Below, one piece after another: positions 1-11,817 of a stretch of 64,000 nucleotides of DNA (positions are counted from its first letter, which is position 1; every line of letters starts with the position of its first letter). Where the stretch lies: the NCBI RefSeq assembly GCF_000181795.1, contig NW_003526941.1, forward strand, positions 1,205,859 to 1,269,858, given 5' to 3'. This DNA is from Trichinella spiralis. Its lineage: Eukaryota. Both the position numbers and the translations under genes were made by a program. The notes beneath the pieces are model-generated. The model was not told the origin of the DNA. It saw only the letters and a list, made by a program, of their open reading frames with translations, and ran no database searches.

Positions 1-811
1 GAAAAGTGGAAAAATTTAGTTGAAAGAAAAGATTTCAATTGATCAGACAAATCCTTTAATCGCTACAAACCTGGCGGCAGGTCGTTTAAGGGCGTATTTG
101 CTGAGATTTTGCAAAAAAAGTTGAGTGATGATGGCCTATAGTGGGAGCCAGCGAATAAGAAAATAAATGCGCGCTCTGATAATATGGAATATAATTCCGT
201 TGTAAGAATATTTATACAAAAATTGCGAACTTATATCCTCCAAGCAATGTTCGTGATCGTAATAGCATTTGTACCTGAAATTCATTTTTGTAATACAGAC
301 AGCTACAAATTAAAAAAATATTAATTACGCAATTTCATTGATTGCAAACAATACAGATATGAAAATTAATTAAAATGAACAAAATGAATTGCAGTTTTCA
401 TGTAGTATTGCTTCATTTCCTTCTATAAATGCAACCGCTTCTATCATGCAATTTTGCCAAATATCTCATTAAAGAATCAATTACGTAAAATTGAGAGTTT
501 TTACAATTAATAAGATTACAATACTGTTTCCATATATGAGGAAAGAATTCAATAATACATTGCACTTCCCTGGAGGCACGCCTTTTGTTTTACTTAGCTT
601 ATATGCAAATATGTCGAAAATTAGAATAAATACCTATCATGTGCGCATTATATTTTCATAAATTGTTAATTTATTTTATTTTCAACCTTTGAATTTAATT
701 ATTTTGACAAAATACAACATTTAAAACTCATTTGCATAAGCGCACTTCATTATGACGAACAAAGCTAAAACTGAATCAAAGAGCAACATTCTTGGTATCA
801 TCGAGATGCGC
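1..811. repeat. Degenerate tandem duplication, copy A (homologous to 2083-2901)
   Basis: Colinear matches: tcaattgatcaga (35 vs ~2119); caataatacattgca.ttccct..aggcacgcctt (550 vs 2638); tacttagcttatatgcaaatat (591 vs 2679); aaaactgaatcaaa (767 vs 2857). Confidence 0.85.
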
Positions 812-1354
812 NNNNNNNNNNNNNNNNNNNNNNNNNNNNNNNNNNNNNNNNNNNNNNNNNNNNNNNNNNNNNNNNNNNNNNNNNNNNNNNNNNNNNNNNN
901 NNNNNNNNNNNNNNNNNNNNNNNNNNNNNNNNNNNNNNNNNNNNNNNNNNNNNNNNNNNNNNNNNNNNNNNNNNNNNNNNNNNNNNNNNNNNNNNNNNNN
1001 NNNNNNNNNNNNNNNNNNNNNNNNNNNNNNNNNNNNNNNNNNNNNNNNNNNNNNNNNNNNNNNNNNNNNNNNNNNNNNNNNNNNNNNNNNNNNNNNNNNN
1101 NNNNNNNNNNNNNNNNNNNNNNNNNNNNNNNNNNNNNNNNNNNNNNNNNNNNNNNNNNNNNNNNNNNNNNNNNNNNNNNNNNNNNNNNNNNNNNNNNNNN
1201 NNNNNNNNNNNNNNNNNNNNNNNNNNNNNNNNNNNNNNNNNNNNNNNNNNNNNNNNNNNNNNNNNNNNNNNNNNNNNNNNNNNNNNNNNNNNNNNNNNNN
1301 NNNNNNNNNNNNNNNNNNNNNNNNNNNNNNNNNNNNNNNNNNNNNNNNNNNNNN
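812..1354. other. Assembly gap (543 N)
   Basis: Run of N in the sequence. Confidence 1.
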
Positions 1355-1800
1355 GATATGAATGTATTTTTTTTGACGAAGTGGTTCTTTATTAAATCGA
1401 AAGATTAATCGCAAATTTCTTCCGACGGACAAAGTTGAAGATGAATCAAAATACTACTCATCGGTATCCTTGAGATGAGCATGGAAAAAATGGGGGCAAA
1501 AAATAAATAGGAATCAATGTTGCCGCCCCACAAACAATGATAACAGGCGTTGCAAAAAAAAAAAATAGAATCTCAGGAATTAATAAATTTTTACAGTCAT
1601 AGCTGTTGATATTCGGGTGTGATGGTCGATCAAATGAGCAAGTTTTGGTGAGAAATAAATATAGGGAAGCTGTTTTGGACATTAGAAAGCACAGTGACAC
1701 AACTTTTTTGTTCAATCCCGAAATGGACCGAGAATGAAGGAAAATCTCATTGCCCACATCAAGCAAATATGGAACAAGAGTGCAAATTTTGATATGTTAA
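1355..1800. repeat. More diverged partial copy B of the tandem unit
   Basis: tgaatcaaaa...ggtatc...gagatg.gc at ~1440-1481 matches the ends of copies A and C; ctcaggaattaataa (~1572) vs ctcaggtattaataa (~2992); minus-strand ORFs share CKNLLIPE / CQQLLIPE. Confidence 0.55.
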
Positions 1801-2082
1801 CTCATTATAATGGCAAAAAAGTCTCCTATGCAAAATTTCAACAACCCTTGTTCCATTTCAAGGGAGTTCCAGTATTGCGGCTTTCCTGTGTATTAAGATA
1901 CTAGGCACATAGCAACTTTAGAAGCCATTTATTCGACACGTACGCGTTTATTTGCCGTAAAACTTTCCAGAACCTTCTAATTTATCAGAATTTAGCCATA
2001 TATAACAAAAAAAGCGAAATTTGTGTCAAAAGCCTACTTTCGAAAATCGCAAAAACAGCAAAGGCTATAGCCTTGCTTTTTT

Positions 2083-3300
2083 GAAAGTCGAAAATTTTCA
2101 TTTCTTCCAAAAATGATGTCAATTGATCAGAGAAATTTTCTGATTCACGATAAACCTTATCGCACGATTTATGAAAACGTATTTGTCGAGATATTGCTAA
2201 AAAAGTTGTACGACAATGCGATTGTAGTTGGAACCTCAGAGATAAAAGCGAAACCTGCGCCCTTGATAATACATCCTATAATTGTATTTCATTAGTATTT
2301 ATACTGAAATTTCAACTGATATCCGCGAGCAAAAGTTGCTGATTGCAATATCATTTGTGCCTGCCTTGCACTTTTGTAATACAGAAACCCCCTTAAATTT
2401 TAAAATTTGTATTTAATCAATTAAATTGATTAAATACGATAAAAGAATAAGAATAATTCAAAATAAAACGTTTCATTTGCAGTTTTCATGCAATCTTGCA
2501 TTATTTCCCCCTATAAATGACACATCTGTTAGCAGGAAATTTTGTCAAATATCTTATTAAATAATTTATTGTTTGTTATTGATAGTTTTTATTATTGATA
2601 ATTGTACAATATTGTTTCTATATATGAATAAATCATTCAATAATACATTGCAGTTCCCTACAGGCACGCCTTCTGTTCTACTTAGCTTATATGCAAATAT
2701 CATGAAGGATTAGAATAAATGCCACGCATAGGTGAATTAGTTTGTCATAAATTGTTATTTTATTTTATTTTCCCCATATGTAATCAATCATTTTAACAAA
2801 AAACAACATTAAAAGTTCATTTGCATAAGCGTCATTGGATTATAATGAGCTGAGCGAAAACTGAATCAAACAGCCATGTTCTTAGTATCGTTGGGATGCT
2901 CAATGAATAATTAAGATCATGAACAGAATAGAAATCAATGAAATGATTGTTTTTTCATGAAATCATACATATCCAAGTCGTACGATAGACACTCAGGTAT
3001 TAATAATTGTTGACAACTACATCTTGAGAAATTCCATTCTACTGTTCGAATAAATGAAATAACGTAATGGAAATCTTTTTTTGAATATTTAGGCATTACA
3101 TATCTACTTCTTCTGTAATATCTCACCGGTTTTTGCCGTCTTTCCAGATTGAAGTTGACATTCTTCACTTTTTGATTAGTGCATGACACTTCTTGCAGGA
3201 TTCGACACCGTTTCGAGTTTGTATGGAGAACGTTTAGGTGATTTACGAAAAATTTACCATCACAAATAACAGTTAGCAATGGGACTATGGAGAAACATGA
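2083..3300. repeat. Degenerate tandem duplication, copy C
   Basis: Colinear with 1-811 and, further along, with 1355-1800; indels break reading frames relative to copy A. Confidence 0.8.
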
Positions 3301-4862
3301 CTGTCACACACTGCGTGCAGTAATTCTTTGACCTGAGTTTTATATGTTAATATTCTGACCTCTGTTAGAATGGAATGTCGTACTGAATGTGGCGTTCGGT
3401 AGGGTTCAGTGTCGTTCTTCTTCCCTCTCCGGATCTTCTTTCTTCGAATATGCTGGTATTTATAGCTGACAAATTTATTTTTGATTATTATTCTTCGTTA
3501 ATATAACGGCCCCTTCCGGCGTTTATTCTTGAAGAATAACGAAGTCTCACAACTTTTCCCATGTGTGTTGTCAGTGCTATTTATTCGAATTAGAATTTTT
3601 TACAAAAATGAAACAGTGTTGCTCTTTTCGAAAACTTAAACTGCAACGAATGATTGCCCATGATTTTATACACGCCATTCGTCGTCTAGCGCCACTAAGT
3701 GGGTGAGCAGCGTTGAAGCAGCCCAGCTCGCTTATCGTGTAGCGTTGAAGGGTAACGATAAACGGTCTCGGACAAGAAAATAAGCACACGCAAAGTAAAA
3801 CTTGTAGCAATTGATGCGGTAGCCTTAACGTTTTGTGTACTATCAGAGGCACATTGGAGTACTGTCCTCTGCATAAATGAATACCACAAGCAGTGAACAG
3901 TTGCAATTTATCTTATGACCTGCGCCTCCTATATCTAAGATTATGACTCATCCATTTACTTTATGGCTGTATCTGTATGATCACTATTCTACGATCATTG
4001 TTGAGTGCCATGAGTGAACGGCGCAAAAGAGCAAACTAAATTATGGCATTTTAACTATGCTACCGACGATTACCGACTTACCGATTATTCGATGCTGCGT
4101 TTTGGATGAAACGATACTCTGAAAAATTCAGAACACATATGCCAACTTATCAACAGTGTAAATCTAACGGAAGATTCAACTGCCACGTTGTGTTGTATGT
4201 CGTGTCGCTGTGTTCGACAGCCAGTGGCTCACTTATGTTATGCAGTGTGTTAAATGATGAGCGACACGTCGGGGTATTTTTATGTTGAATGTTAAAACGA
4301 ACCGAAGATTATTAAAGCCTTGAAAGAATTTCACAAATGATTTTTTCTTAGAAATGTAAAAATGAACAGCATTTGCTTAAATGACGTTGGTAAGAATAAG
4401 ACTGCATTTTATCAGATTGACCTTACGACAGCTTAGCAATACTCGTGTAAAACGGAATATAATGCTGTGGAAAGATGAAATGAATTTTAAAATCACTGAG
4501 AACCTCCTCCACCAATGCAATGAAAGATTTGAAAAATTTATTTACCAAATAAGTCTAAAAATTTATAATAAATTGTGATTCATAATAATCAACAGAAGCA
4601 GCAATGCACAATGTTGCAGAGTGCAGTAAACAGTGAAGAACCACACCTTGACCTATTTATCATTACGACGTTCTTGAAAAGTAAACACGTTTTCCATTAC
4701 TTCTATGATAATTTGATTGCTTGTAGCTATTCATCGCATTTTCACCCAGATTCTAACCAAATAAAGTAAAATTGTTTAAAGTACTTTTTGAAATAAGTGC
4801 TTTTTCTGCTTTGCACAAATTTCGATTTAACATAAACAGCTACTGAATGGGATATTTAAAAT

Positions 4863-6896
4863 ATGGAAGTTAGACATCGTTGCGTACCTAGCACAGTGAG
4901 AGAAAATGCGCAGCATCCATCTTCGCAGACTTTAGAAAAAAAGTAAGTTTACTTTTGTGTGTATGTAAAGCAATTAAATGAAAACAGCAATCTTTTACAA
5001 TCTTCTTACTGAACCTTCCAACAGTTTCAGCAGAAATATAACTTACTCTATAATTACACTAATTCTAGACCACAACTGAACGAATTTCCAAAAGGAACTT
5101 TCACTTCAGTACGTTGGATTATTGCTGCATTATCAATTTTGCTTTTCATTATTGTATTCACTCCCAGCGTCATTGAACCAGAAGCATACAGGTAGAAAAT
5201 TATTTACAATTAATTTTTCATAATTATTTCCAATATTCTGAATTATAGCTTACCTCCACCACCAAACATAAATAAAGGTATCTTAAAGAAAAACAACATC
5301 CTTTCTAAAAGTCGAAGTTTTCTTGAGAATGAACTGCTCGCGGCTGAATCAATTGTTTTGCAAGGAAGTAGACTGCTTTTAAAAATTTACGTTGAACCAC
5401 TCTTGACAATTAACATTGCAGATTATCTGTACACTGGAACAGCCGATGGTCGATTAACTGAAATCGTAGGAAATAAAATAAATGAAGTCATTCGATTGGG
5501 AAGAAAAACAAACTGCGGTAATAATTCTTTTCGAATTATGAATAACATATGCAAACTGAAATAACACTACTTCAATGCTTATGCTCACTGAAAACGCCAT
5601 GAAATATAAGAAAACATTTCCTTTCCAGGCATGGCTTTTGTAGATCCAAACTGTGGCAGACCACTTGGAATACGATACTTGGGAAATCGTCGACTTCTCG
5701 TTGTCGATACTTTTCTGGGAATTTTTGAAGTTGACTTCCGAAATAGTAAGCATGGCTGCATTTTTCAACATCTCTAACTCGGTAAACTCTACTGAACCTA
5801 AATAGCAAAATCTTCAATGGAAATGTTCTTCTTATTACAATCACCATTACTGCTACTATGTTTGCATATTTTGTAAAACAGTATGCTTTCCTTTTGAAAT
5901 CCTTTCGAAATTTATATATTAATCTCTACTATTTCACTCCATTTATATTTAGAATATGTTGATTAGTTTGCTTGATTTCAGTTTCTATTCTTCAGAAAAT
6001 TATACCCAGCTTATTAAAAGTGGAATGTATGTCGAAGGGGAACCACTGAAATTCATAAACGATATCGATATTTTTGAAAACTACATTTTCTTCACCGACT
6101 CATCGACCAAATGGTCAATCATCGACTACAAATTTATCATAATTGAAGCAAAGAAAAATGGACGGTCTGCAAAAATATTGTCATAATGTTCGACTGTATG
6201 CAATTAACAGTGTATGCACATTTTAGATTACTAGTTCTCGATCGAAACACTGGAAAAATCGATGTGATATTAAGAAATTTGTTTTTTCCCAATGGAGTGC
6301 AAGTAGCAAAAAATGGCAAAGAACTTTTCATAGCTGAAACTGGTTTAGCTCGTATTTTAAAGTAATTTGGAGTACAACTGATGAAAGCTAGTAAAAAAAA
6401 GCACAAATCTATAATTTTAGAATAAACCTGAACAATTTCAAACATCAACAACAATCTGATTTGCTGATTGACAATTTACCATGCCTTCCAGATAACATAC
6501 GGCAATCTTCGTTGGGGGAATTATGGATCCCCTGTGCCGCTGTCCGAGATTCCACCGCTTTTCTTGGACCGACTTATGATCTCATTGGCAAATATCCAAG
6601 CCTCAGAAAACTAACCACAAAAGTATGCTCAGTTTTCCATTATGCGACCGCATAATGAAACACCAATTTTCTGTTTTTTCCAGCTACTTCCTCGCCAATG
6701 GATATACGCATTGATGGATTTTTTCGAAACACCTTATGGGCTCGTCATACTCGTAGACCGGCACGGTAAATACATGAAAAGTTTCCACGATCCTCACGGA
6801 ACAGTAATCAGTGCAGTGTCACAAGCGACCGATAATGGAACTCATCTGTTCTTGGGAACTTTCAAACCTAAACATTTAGCCTATCTTAAATTGTAA
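4863..6896 (+). CDS. APMAP: Adipocyte plasma membrane-associated protein / hemomucin / strictosidine synthase-like protein (multi-exon)
   Basis: Spliced translation: MEVRHR, N-terminal TM segment (WIIAALSILLFIIVF), LYTGTADGR, CGRPLGIR, FINDIDI, IFFTDSSTKW, FFPNGVQV, LFIAETGLARI, IDNLPCLPDNIR, SFHDPHG, HLFLGTF; GT-AG introns maintain the frame. Confidence 0.92.
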
Positions 6897-7123
6897 AATG
6901 TAATTAATCCATTCTCAATTGAATGATTTGTTCATTTGTTAACCGGTCTTTCATCTAAATATTATTATAAGCATTAGCAACTGAGTAAATTTCCATGTCT
7001 TCATATGCACATCCTGAAAATGTAATTCCACACAAAAATAGCATTCTATTCTATTACATATTTATACTCGATAATAGCAATACTGCAATTCAGATTACAT
7101 TTGTATATTTTTCAATAAATATC

Positions 7124-9006
7124 TTAAGTGTGACTCAGTAGTTCTGGCTTCAAATGCACTGTTTCGTTTCTTTCGACATGTTGATCAGCCCTTGATATGT
7201 AAAATTTGTCGAACATGCAATTTCCTTGCGGTCGGAAAAACCACATAGCTAGTGAAAATAGCAATAAGCACTCGGTAACTACGACCATATGATGCCACAC
7301 TGAATAAAATGATGTTCAATTAAAGAAAAGCACATCAGAAGCAGAAATAACAAATGCTTACGACTAGTTTTTGCATAATTAGGCAGCAGCATTTCATCAC
7401 ATGAGACCAGACTGCTGCAGGCCAAAAAAATTGGAGCCTGTAAATTGAAAATCAAAATAATGAACTGTATAATAGACATCAAGATGTAGATCTTGTATTT
7501 TTTCAACGGTTCCTTCGTTGTCATGTGAAAAACATTCACTCCATAGAGAGCGATTAAAGATGATAAAACAACCAAAGTAGTAATGAAAGGTTTAAACGGC
7601 ATTTCCTGTAAAACAACAAAAAAAATACACAGTGATACACGCAATGTGAACTTCATACAATGACATACAGTATCAAAAGATCCCCATCGATCTACCCAAA
7701 ACACACCGATGAAAAAAAACAGAATTGGACGGAAAATTGCATTCTGATACACAAAAAAACGCATAATTCTTATATTTTTCCTAAAAACAAAAAATATTTA
7801 TGGAATTTGCTAAAAGCTAAATATTGAATTGAAGTGAATTCAGCTACACTGTAGGACTCAGTTTTGGAAGGCATACGAAGCAACAGCAACATGGACCTGT
7901 ATTCAGCTTCAATTGGAAAACTGAATGCTCATCGCTCATAGACTGCATCCCTCCACAACAATCTATTACCAAATCAACGAAGCCAAAAAGGCATCGTGAA
8001 ATATATCTAAAAATTTCCAAAACAGCTGTACTGTAAATATGAAATTTTCAACATAAAAATAATTTCAAAAGTCTAGTTCAAGTTCTTTTTAAAAAATAAT
8101 TTTGCATTGTGCATTATTTGCATTGAAATGTGCATAAAACTTACAATACGATAATCATATCAGACAAAGGCATCGCGCGAGGAACAATCATGCCAATACA
8201 ACTGGCACCAGATGCTAACTAAAATCAGCAACACATAAATAAATAAATTTGAAAGTTTAACTGAAAGAAAACTTTCAACAAACTTACAACGCATCAAAAT
8301 GAGATTATCACTCATTTCAACAGTTAAAAAATATGTAGAATATAAATAACAAAAATAAATAAATAAATAAATGTCTTTTTCATTTACTGGAAAAATTCCT
8401 GCAAGCCATGCAAGTTTGGATGAACGTGCACTTGATGAAACATAAGTACAAAAGAAATGGCAGCAGATCACAAATAAAATAAATGTGATCAACGTTTCCA
8501 CACAACAAAAAACGATTAGCGACAATGTCACATTGTCGATACCTAAAATACAATCACAATAAGCAAAAAAAGTGAACAAAACATTAAAAAACATGTATTT
8601 ATAAAGTAATAACTGCAATAAAAAGTAAAAAATTAACTTTTACAATAAACATGAATAAAATAAAGCATCAAAAAAAACTTACGTGACATGTAGTCGTAAA
8701 ACGTAGGAGTGATAAGCTTTGAGCAAGATACATTTGCAGTAACATTGATATTCACATGTTCAACCATTTCAGTCTGGTTCATGGGTCTTTCGAGAGAAAG
8801 ATGAAACGAGAATGAAGAATTCCACAAAATCACTTCAACTCTACAAAATTACAATATATTAATAATATTCAATTTTAAATTTGCAAAATTGCCAAGGAAA
8901 ATCGAATGAGATTTCATTATAAAAAAGCCTAGCTTTCGTACAACTGGCAAATAGGCTTTTAACGCATAAATTTAAAAAAAAGAACGTTAAAACAGGCTTA
9001 CCTCAT
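7124..9006 (-). CDS. Organic solute transporter alpha-like (Solute_trans_a / SLC51A family), multi-exon; start codon uncertain (9006 or MNQTEM near 8782)
   Basis: Multi-TM spliced product with LAGIFP-LASGASCIGMIVPRA, the Cys cluster NTGPCCCCFVCLP, FVYQNAIFRP, SSLIALYG and WHHMVVVTEC; stop TAA at 7124-7126. Confidence 0.85.
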
Positions 9007-11817
9007 TTTTACTCAGATTTCATCGTAACTGAAACTCTCCGATATGTGAAAGTCGTTAAAATTGTTATTTGAGAAACACTTGTCATGTTGAGATCAATAT
9101 TACAGAGCAGTGAGTGTGACTTTAGTGACAAGCCAATTTATGCAAGTTTAAAAATCACCATAAATAAATAAAAATTGATCTGCTACCCAGAGTTAATCAT
9201 GCTAGCAATGCTGAGCTTTGAAAAACAACAGCCGATTTCCACACGACTAAAATAATAATTTCATTGAATACAAATTGACCGCTAGCCTATTTTATACTTA
9301 TTATTATTATTAAACATCTCTCGATTTGCCCAGCTTAATCGTCCATAAATTGCAAAATCTGAAATGCCCAAATCTCCGCCAGAAGCATTCTATCTCAGCT
9401 TGCTAAATCAATCAGGCCAACCGTAGAACAAACAAGCAAATAAATAAACGGGTGGGGAGACTGCTTGCTGCCCTTTGATATTTTCTATTTGCTAACAGTT
9501 ACAACGTCAGTTAGTCACATGGGTGAATTTTCCACCATCTGCTTTATTTTGTTCAACAAAACAAATTTTCTCCTCTCTTTTGTAAATTAAAACTGATTCT
9601 GTTTAAAATTATTTAAAACTGCCGTGAATTCGAAAGCAAGATAAGCAGAATAAACATGTTCATTGAAAACAAGATTCCAATCTAATGCATTCATTCATCA
9701 AAAAAACGAAGCATTTTTGAAAAAAACATGCTATTCAATAAAAATACTCATGCTAAAATAATTACTCTTTTATATTTTACATGAAATTTCTTTTCAAAAT
9801 GAAATCTCTTAAAAAACTGATTCACTCGTGATGAATATGATGAAACAATCAAATGATAATCAGTTAATAAATTTGCATATCGAATGCAAATCAATCGTCG
9901 ATTAACGGTCAATTAATTACACAATTTGCCAATGCAAGTCAACAATTGTTAAGCCTTCTATTTCAAAATGCTTTTAAAAATGTAAATATGAGAAATGCAT
10001 CAATACTAATCATCAATTTATTGGATATGATGTTAGAAAGATGAAAACAACAAAGTAATTAAGTTAATTATAAAGAGACATGCCATTTTCTGACAACATG
10101 CATTTTTATTCAATTAATCATTAAACTCATAATAAAGGAAAGCATATAATATGTCTATATATATATATATAATTACTTACAGTTCTATAAGAGACTCTAC
10201 CCAGTTAGAGCTAAAAAACTTTATACGGAACAACAGCAATCACCGCAACAGTCTGCGCAACGCTTTCCCAAAATTTGCTTTGGATGTTTTCGAAAATATG
10301 ACAGCTCGACGTCACATTGTCGTCAAGTTAAACCTTCATTTTTATGTTATGCGAAAGCAAATACGCAATGCAACATTTGCTCCATGTAAGACACTGCAAG
10401 AGTGGCAACAACGCTGACACTTTTTCATGCGTTTGACTGGGCTAAAATTTGCTTCCATTCATTTTGCATTAACAATAGTCACCGAAACTGGTCCGAGTAC
10501 GCCCTGCTTTTGGCTGGCCAATTTAAATAAATGAACTCGTCATACTGGTAAAATCTTCCACTTGAAAATACCATACATACATACCAGTTGGTATTGAGTG
10601 ACTCAAAACTACTGCCCACATATGCAAATGTAAAACAAGAAACATGATGATAATTTATTTCAAAAAATCATAACTGGCTAAGTATAGATTCATCACAGTA
10701 ACATAATTTACCCTCTCTCGTTCCAGAAACCAAATAGATTATGAAAATTTTAACTTTTTGCTACAGTATGCAACTGAAATAGAAATAATCAGGCGAAACA
10801 AATTGCCCATCACAATTTAGCAGTGCATTTTTCATTTTAGGAAATTGCTTTGTATAACTGCACTTTAAACAATTCATATTTTCAATTTTTTGCTAATACT
10901 TTTTTATATCTGAATTCAGTTTAAAGCATTGAATGGAAGTTCATTTGTAATTACTTTCCGTTACTTGTAAAGCCAATTCTTCTAAGAAATACAAATAATC
11001 GTTTAAATTACATTTTAAAATATCTTGGGAATATTAAAATTCGAGCTCTTCTGTATCAGTTTATTCTCTAATGAACTATAAAAATGTTTTAAAAAAATTT
11101 TTTTGATCAAATGAAGATTATTTTAAAATAACACTAATTTCTGACGTCGATTTTCAAATCTTGAGAAGAAATAACTGCTCGAATGAATTTTTTCAGAAAT
11201 TATTTCTAAAAATATAATTGCGGCTGACAAAAAATCTAAATTCCGCTTCTTATTCTACGCTTATATTATCGAGTAACTTGATATCACTCTCAAACTTATT
11301 TACCACACATACATACATATATATATATATGTACATGAAATAGATAGTTCTAAATAAAAAAGTGCATTTATAAAATAAAACTTTGCAAAAATTATCAAAT
11401 ATTAATAAAAAGAGTATATTCAAATAAAAACAGCAATCTTTTACGACCAAGTCTACTTTTACTTTGCACTAGCTTCTTATGGTTCTAAATTTAATGTTTT
11501 CATTTTTAAAAATAGAATTTTTAGAAAATAGAATAATACGAATATAATTAATTAATCTATTTTTTTACTTCAATGATGAGCCAATCATAAAATCTGCACG
11601 AAATTTTCTGAACAGAAACTTGATAGATCAGAAACATTAAATCACAAATGCTGTTTTACATAAATGTACTTGAAACAGTTCTCAGCATACAATCAAATTA
11701 TCATAATTAACAAATTACTGCAACAATTTAAATTGGAAAATAATGTTTTTAGTGTTTTTCTAAATGTTGGAAAAGAGAAAGTTTTAACGGCAAAGACACG
11801 CAGCGAAAGCAGCAGTT

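Noticed and set aside
752..1432. Three long ORFs across the N run
   Set aside because: Artefacts of translating the assembly gap.
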